Source: Phallusia mammillata (Eukaryota). From it: DNA of 64,000 nt. The DNA is taken from the NCBI GenBank assembly GCA_965637545.1, contig OZ281494.1, positions 16,740,001 to 16,804,000 of the forward strand, read 5' to 3'. The translations under genes were made by a program, and so were the position numbers. Shown piece after piece: positions 55,501 to 61,500 of this stretch. Under the pieces are notes generated by a model. It was given only the letters and a program-made list of their open reading frames with translations. It had not been told where the DNA came from and made no database searches. Each line of letters starts with the position of its first letter. Position 1 is the stretch's first letter.

Positions 55501-58500
55501 ATGGCAACATGCGCTGGGACGCTCTCTCACGACGAGTAAGTGGTATTCTGCGTCGACTCAAGTACGCCATCGAGCGGAGAGAGAGTTTCGAAGCACAGAG
55601 AGAGGCTCTTTTAGTCTGGCTAACAGAAACTGATTTGCAACTCACCAATCTCGAACACTTCAGTCCGAAGTCTAGCCTAGAGGAAAAAATGTCAAACGTT
55701 AAGGTAAGGATCAAAGACCAAAGTATACATCTTTGCCCTTGTAACTTGAACTTGGAATTTAGTGATACACTGATCGAATAGATATTAATACTATAGCGCA
55801 CTGATTTGGAAACATCTTTGTCCAACATTCATACGCTAATAAATGTACAGCGATAAGCTGGCTTTAGGTAACCTTCTCCCTGAAATCCATAGCTGGCTTT
55901 TTAAATGTAAACATTCGTAAAACCTGTTATGAAATTATGTTAGGTTAAAAAAATATAGTTGCAAGACCCAAATATGCGTTTGATAGGCGCAAGTGCGGTT
56001 TATCCAAGGTCATACCAGGTTACATTCATGTAGTGCTGCTTAGCAACGATTATGTTTGGCGGTTGTTTATTTTCAAACCTAATCGGTTCACCACGCGCAA
56101 GCAATTAGTAATTGCCTATCTCTCTCATCCGTCCCGATTTAAACCGGCCATAACCTCAATAAGATAGCTCGGAGCGCTTCGTTCTATGTCGGAGTTGTAA
56201 TACTTGTAATCACCCCCTACTTGAGTTTCATTAGTGACGCTGTTCGAGGAACGACTGTTATTGTTGTGATTCGTTAAGTGAAATCTGCCTATTCGTAGGT
56301 ATAGTTGAAAGTTGAGTTATGAGATGTAGCTTTTTTTTTAAAAAAGTGGAATTCAGTTAAATTAATTTGTTGAGTAATGGGAAACAAATAGTAGCATTCC
56401 TAAAATAGACGCCTAGCATTTGTGTGCTGGAGAGCCTGTGAAAAAGTCAATTCCTGTTGTGAAAAACGCTGATGACTCTTTCGATGCCTGATGTAGTATG
56501 CAGTCAGTCTGTGTTGTGTCGACAGCAGTTTGTTGTGAATATGTTTATCAGGCTTTTGAAAATCATTTGAGCATGTTTCGGTTTGTTGATTGATTGACAA
56601 GTATGGGGCGCTTCCCGTGGTGAAGTACCATCATACTTGTTTTGACAAGACTCCCGACCAGGCGTAGTGCAGTCGTTCAGTCCTTTTGTGGCTTTATATC
56701 GCCGTGCAGTTTTGTTGCTCTTCCAATACAAACAAATTTAAACAAGCGCTCGTCGTGTTTTGGGCGTTACGCTAACAACACAACACTAGAAGGAACGCAC
56801 AATATGTAGTCATTTGCAAGTGTCTAGCAGTACAGATTATGAAAGAACTGCAGTGCAGTACATAGTAAAGTGAAAGATGCTTAAAAGCTCGTTGGTTGAA
56901 GTTTCAGCTTATCATTTCCTGTTCTCAGATCCGCTGTATCGTATTGCTGCTAGTTTACCGATCATGCATATGTTTGCTAACGGTAAATTTGTGTGTGCTT
57001 TTGCTGCTGTTGTGTGCACGATGCTCCTACAGCATTAAGATTTACAAGCAACAATAACCGTGCTTCCAAAATCAGTGTTGTCTTAGATCCTTTTAACTTT
57101 TAGATTTTACGTGTTTTAAGCAGCTCACCAGCCTTATTTGACAGGTCACTATACAAAATCTCGCTTTGTAGGTCATTTGCTCATTAGCTATCCAGATGTA
57201 GGCATTCTATTATTATCAAGGTTTTATCATTCACTTGCCGAAGTTAAATGGCATCAGCAAAACTTACTGGTTTTCCACGCGTACGGGTGATCGTTTGAGG
57301 TCTACAAAGCAACAAATAACCTCAATTTGGCCTCAACAATAGCGAAAACGGAGCGAACAATGCTTGTTCCATGTTTGTCTCTGTGCTACGTGATTGGCTA
57401 TGTTTACTGAGCACAGGAGCACCATGTGTGTAGATGTACACGACCAATTGCGGCCTTTGTGAGTAGTCTATGGTTCATGCATGTTATCGGGATACAGCAT
57501 TGCTATAAAGGGAGTTCTCGAATGCCTGTGCAATTGTTTCAACAACTTCCGTGTCTAAAAAGTGTTTAAGCGAAAGGTTTCTGGAAAATATCAAATGTAT
57601 TTTGAAAGCCCGTCCGTCAATGGTTGTGGTTTCTTTGTAAAAATCTGGTTTTGCTTTGAACGTATTCGAAACAACATATGCAGTAGAGAGTTTTAGCTTG
57701 CAGTATGTGTTATTTATGTAACCTTACGCTGTATTGCTTAGCATTAAGGGGTTGTCCCCTAATCTGTAGCATCAATGCAGAGTTTTGCAGAAGGCCAAAG
57801 ATTGGCAGTTTACCTTGGTAGCGAACTCATAAGGTAACTCTACAGCCTACAAAAAAGTTTTGAGGGTTCCACGCAATACCGAGAGAGACTGAATTAGAGG
57901 CTGTGGAGCATGATGAGCAGTGGTTACCGTCTCCGGAGATATAACAGCGCCATTGTTTATCTGATAAAACGTCATTGGGCCGTGAACTAAGGGTGGTCGT
58001 GCGCCCTTTTTCCCGAGCCAACACACACCTGAAAGGCAAACACAAGGCCAAATTGGGAATGCTAGCGTTGTGGCAAAATGTGTGCGATCATTAAAACGTA
58101 CGCCAGTGAACGTGTGCCGGTGAGCCGCAATATTTAGCGATCTGATAGATCAAGTACCGTTCGCGCTGTTTCTGCCTAAACCGTTGGTGAACAAACTTCA
58201 GCTTGCGTGTTTGTTATGCTCACTAGAGTGTTGTATAGTGAACTGATGCGTATTGATCGCGGCTATTCAAAATGTGTCCAAGTGGTTTCAGCGTTGTCAC
58301 AGAACAGCTATACGTGGAGTTATTGGAAGTAAAAGTATTGTTTTAACTTCGTTTTGGTATTGGTTCGAATACAAAAGCATTGGTATAAAAAATAGGTTAC
58401 AATCGTTGGACGTGGTTTTAGACAGCAGTTTGGGACAGTAGCTAATAACGTTGTCGTTTCTAGGTTTCATGGCATAGGGTGGTTTACCTGTTAGTATGGA

Positions 58501-61500
58501 AGACAATTTGTCGTGTTGTCAAGTAATTAGGGATGAGGTGCAGCAGCAGCTTACTTTGCTCACGGTGAGAATTTACTCCCTCAATGAAAATCAAAAAATT
58601 GCTAACAAGGTGTTAACCATAGGTGCATTCATCACAAATATGAAACGAAATGTGCAAATATTAAAACATTTCAAAATTATTTCAGTGTTTAGTTATACGG
58701 ATTTTAACCAACTTGTCAGAAAATGTTAGTTTTGTAACACTTGGCTTGCTTTTTCCAGCTCTTTCAGGCAAAAATCGAGGAACGAATTCCATTACTTCGA
58801 GAATTGGACCAAAAAGGTCGCCTGTTGATAGAGAAGAGCGAGGAGCATGACTGTGTGGCGGTTGAAGAAGAACTGGAGGACTTCCACAAGTATTGCTGGG
58901 AGGTCATTTCAAGGTTGGACCGCTACCACAATCGACTTCTACGGTTGATGGTAAGAAAAATGCTTCGTTTCAACGATAAACAGTTATTTTAGGTATCAGT
59001 GAAACAATGCTTTATTAAGTGCCTTTGGTTTGATTTTGGCGTTTAATGTACTACAATCAGTAGAGCCATTATGTGAGAACTATACTGCAAAAACATTTGA
59101 ATTTTCCGCTCTTTTCACAGCACGATACCGAAATGGAAGCTTGCCAACAGTCCCTCTTCGACGATAGCGAGCTTCAAGACTTCTCTTGGTGGACTGCCAA
59201 CTGTATTCTTGACGGCAGTGACGTCAGCAACTCAGAATCGGAGGATAACACAACCCGAGACTTGCTGGCGACCCCCACTGGTGGTTCGTCTAACATGGCA
59301 AAGACAAAAAGAGATAAATGTAACGGCAGGTATGCAATAGTATTTGGTTTTAGATTCTGCGATTTAGAGATAATTGTCACCATATGCACACAAACTCAAA
59401 AATCCTTTGTTAATTTGTAGGACATCACCTCACAGCATTGGGTCATTAGAGTGGGACCATTACGATATCAGCCAATCAGAGATTGATGCTAAACTTGATG
59501 ATGGTGACTTGACAGGGGATGAGTCGATTTCAGGTCAGTTGCAAGTTTTCTTGGACAACTTTTAATAAACGCTAGCGCGATTTTAAAATGTTTACGCTTG
59601 TAGATTTGTCACCTGACATGTATGACGAGGAAAACACCGAACTTGAAAAAATCAACCTGGATTCCGATTCGAAAAAATCGTCACCGGAACCTGTAAGAAA
59701 ATTTGCTGTGCTTTATGTTATGATATAACCTTAAATATATCCTAACACTACAAATGATTTTATCGCTGAGCAAGCCAGCCAACCTTATTTTTACTTTGTC
59801 CGCAGATAACATTAAAAAGCAATTTAGCTGCAACGACCCGATCTAGACCGGAGGACAGCAATGCAGCAGGTAGCAGTACGTCTCAATTACTTTGATTAAA
59901 ATCTGCCTTAGTCGCCAATGAAGACAAAATTATGGTCAAAGTTTAACTGGAAAATGTTTTTGATTTTGTGTAGTTGACTCCGCATCCCCTAAAAGACGAC
60001 GGCAAGAGACCACCAAGCAAGATCAGAAAGAGAAACAGCGCGCCAGGCTTGAGCAAGATCTCGACGCCGTCTTGGCATGGCTGGACGCAACATCTTTCCC
60101 TTCCACCGAGTCTGTGGCTAAAATTGAGACAAAAGTGAAAGAACTCAAGGTAAAAACGCAGGAAAACAACAGTCTGAAGCGTTTGTAAAAGTTAAAGAAA
60201 AAAAATCTTCTAAATAATATTAATGTGTAGCCTATATGCTGAGGAATCACTTATGAGAATCACAGATTTACGGACGTATTTGTCACTTTTATAAATTTTC
60301 TACATTTACTTTCAACGTTTAGGCATAATTAAAAACACATGTATTTCAGACTTTGCAAAAGGAAATCGAAGCTCGAAAGCCCATCGTTCTCTCCATTAAT
60401 CTGGTTGCGGCGAGATTAACTGACGATGCCGTCTATGATAAAACTGCTGCTAAATCCAAACTAATGAGAGACGGGTGGAAGGAGTTAAACGCAAATGCAC
60501 ACAAACGGAAAGTGGAGCTTCAAAAAATGTTCGTCCGATGCGAGGTAAGTGTGAAAATTTATTTGGAAATTTTGAATTCTTGCACTGTTGCATATCAAAT
60601 TATTCGCTTTGTGCTTTTCCTAGGATGTGAGCCGATCCGCGAAAAAACTGAGGCATTGGATCGAGGAACAGGAAAAGAAGAGAGAGGAGCTTGCTGCTGT
60701 GTGTAGGTTCCACGATTCCCCTGTGCCTGTTTCTCTTCAGATGCTAAGAAAAGCTCACAAAGCCCTTATCCAACTTCGCGTCGAAACTTTAGAGGAACGC
60801 GTAAAGGTAAACAGAAAGCATTGTGTAAGTACACCCAAATCGACAAAAACAAGTATTTTGAGGTGTTTTGATACCAAATGACTATTTGATTGCAATCTCT
60901 TGCGCATGTTTTTATATGGCATTTTGTATCAATGTTCTTGTTCAGATTGCATCCCTTCAAGAGATCTCCAATCAACTTTTTTTCGCCGATGGACGATATC
61001 GTACTCCACAGTCGCCGCCGGTAGAGGGAGCAGCGGAGACCTCGGATCGTTTGGACGACATCGCCGACCGCCTAAAATCGCTTTTAGACCGTGTTGGCGA
61101 AGATATACGAGTGGCTGAAACAGCACTCAAGGAGGAGAGAGGGAGAATGGTAAGTAGAAAAAGGCACTACAACTCCTGAGAGGAAGGCCGGCTGCGGTTG
61201 GATTTACCGCGCCCGCGAAAATCGCCAAAGGGAACAAAAAACGTATCGATTTCGACTGCGTTTACGTTTCAATCAGCTTTTGTTGCATGGATTCACTTTA
61301 TCCCTGCGTCAGTTAGCTGGTCTAAGCATTTCTGTAGAAGTTTTAGATCTTTAGCTTTATCTAGCATAAGCGATGTTTTATGTATGAAAGCCTAAGCTTT
61401 GCATTCACTGAAGCGGAAAGATTTGGTCCGGTGCTTAGAAACTTCTTTTGTGTAATGTCGCATGTGCACAAAACCGTTAAATCTGAATAATTCGCTGACG

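Noticed and set aside
56400-58051. Short minus-strand ORFs in the 3-kb intron as an antisense gene
   Set aside because: No recognisable homology, no coherent splice chain, and lengths expected by chance.
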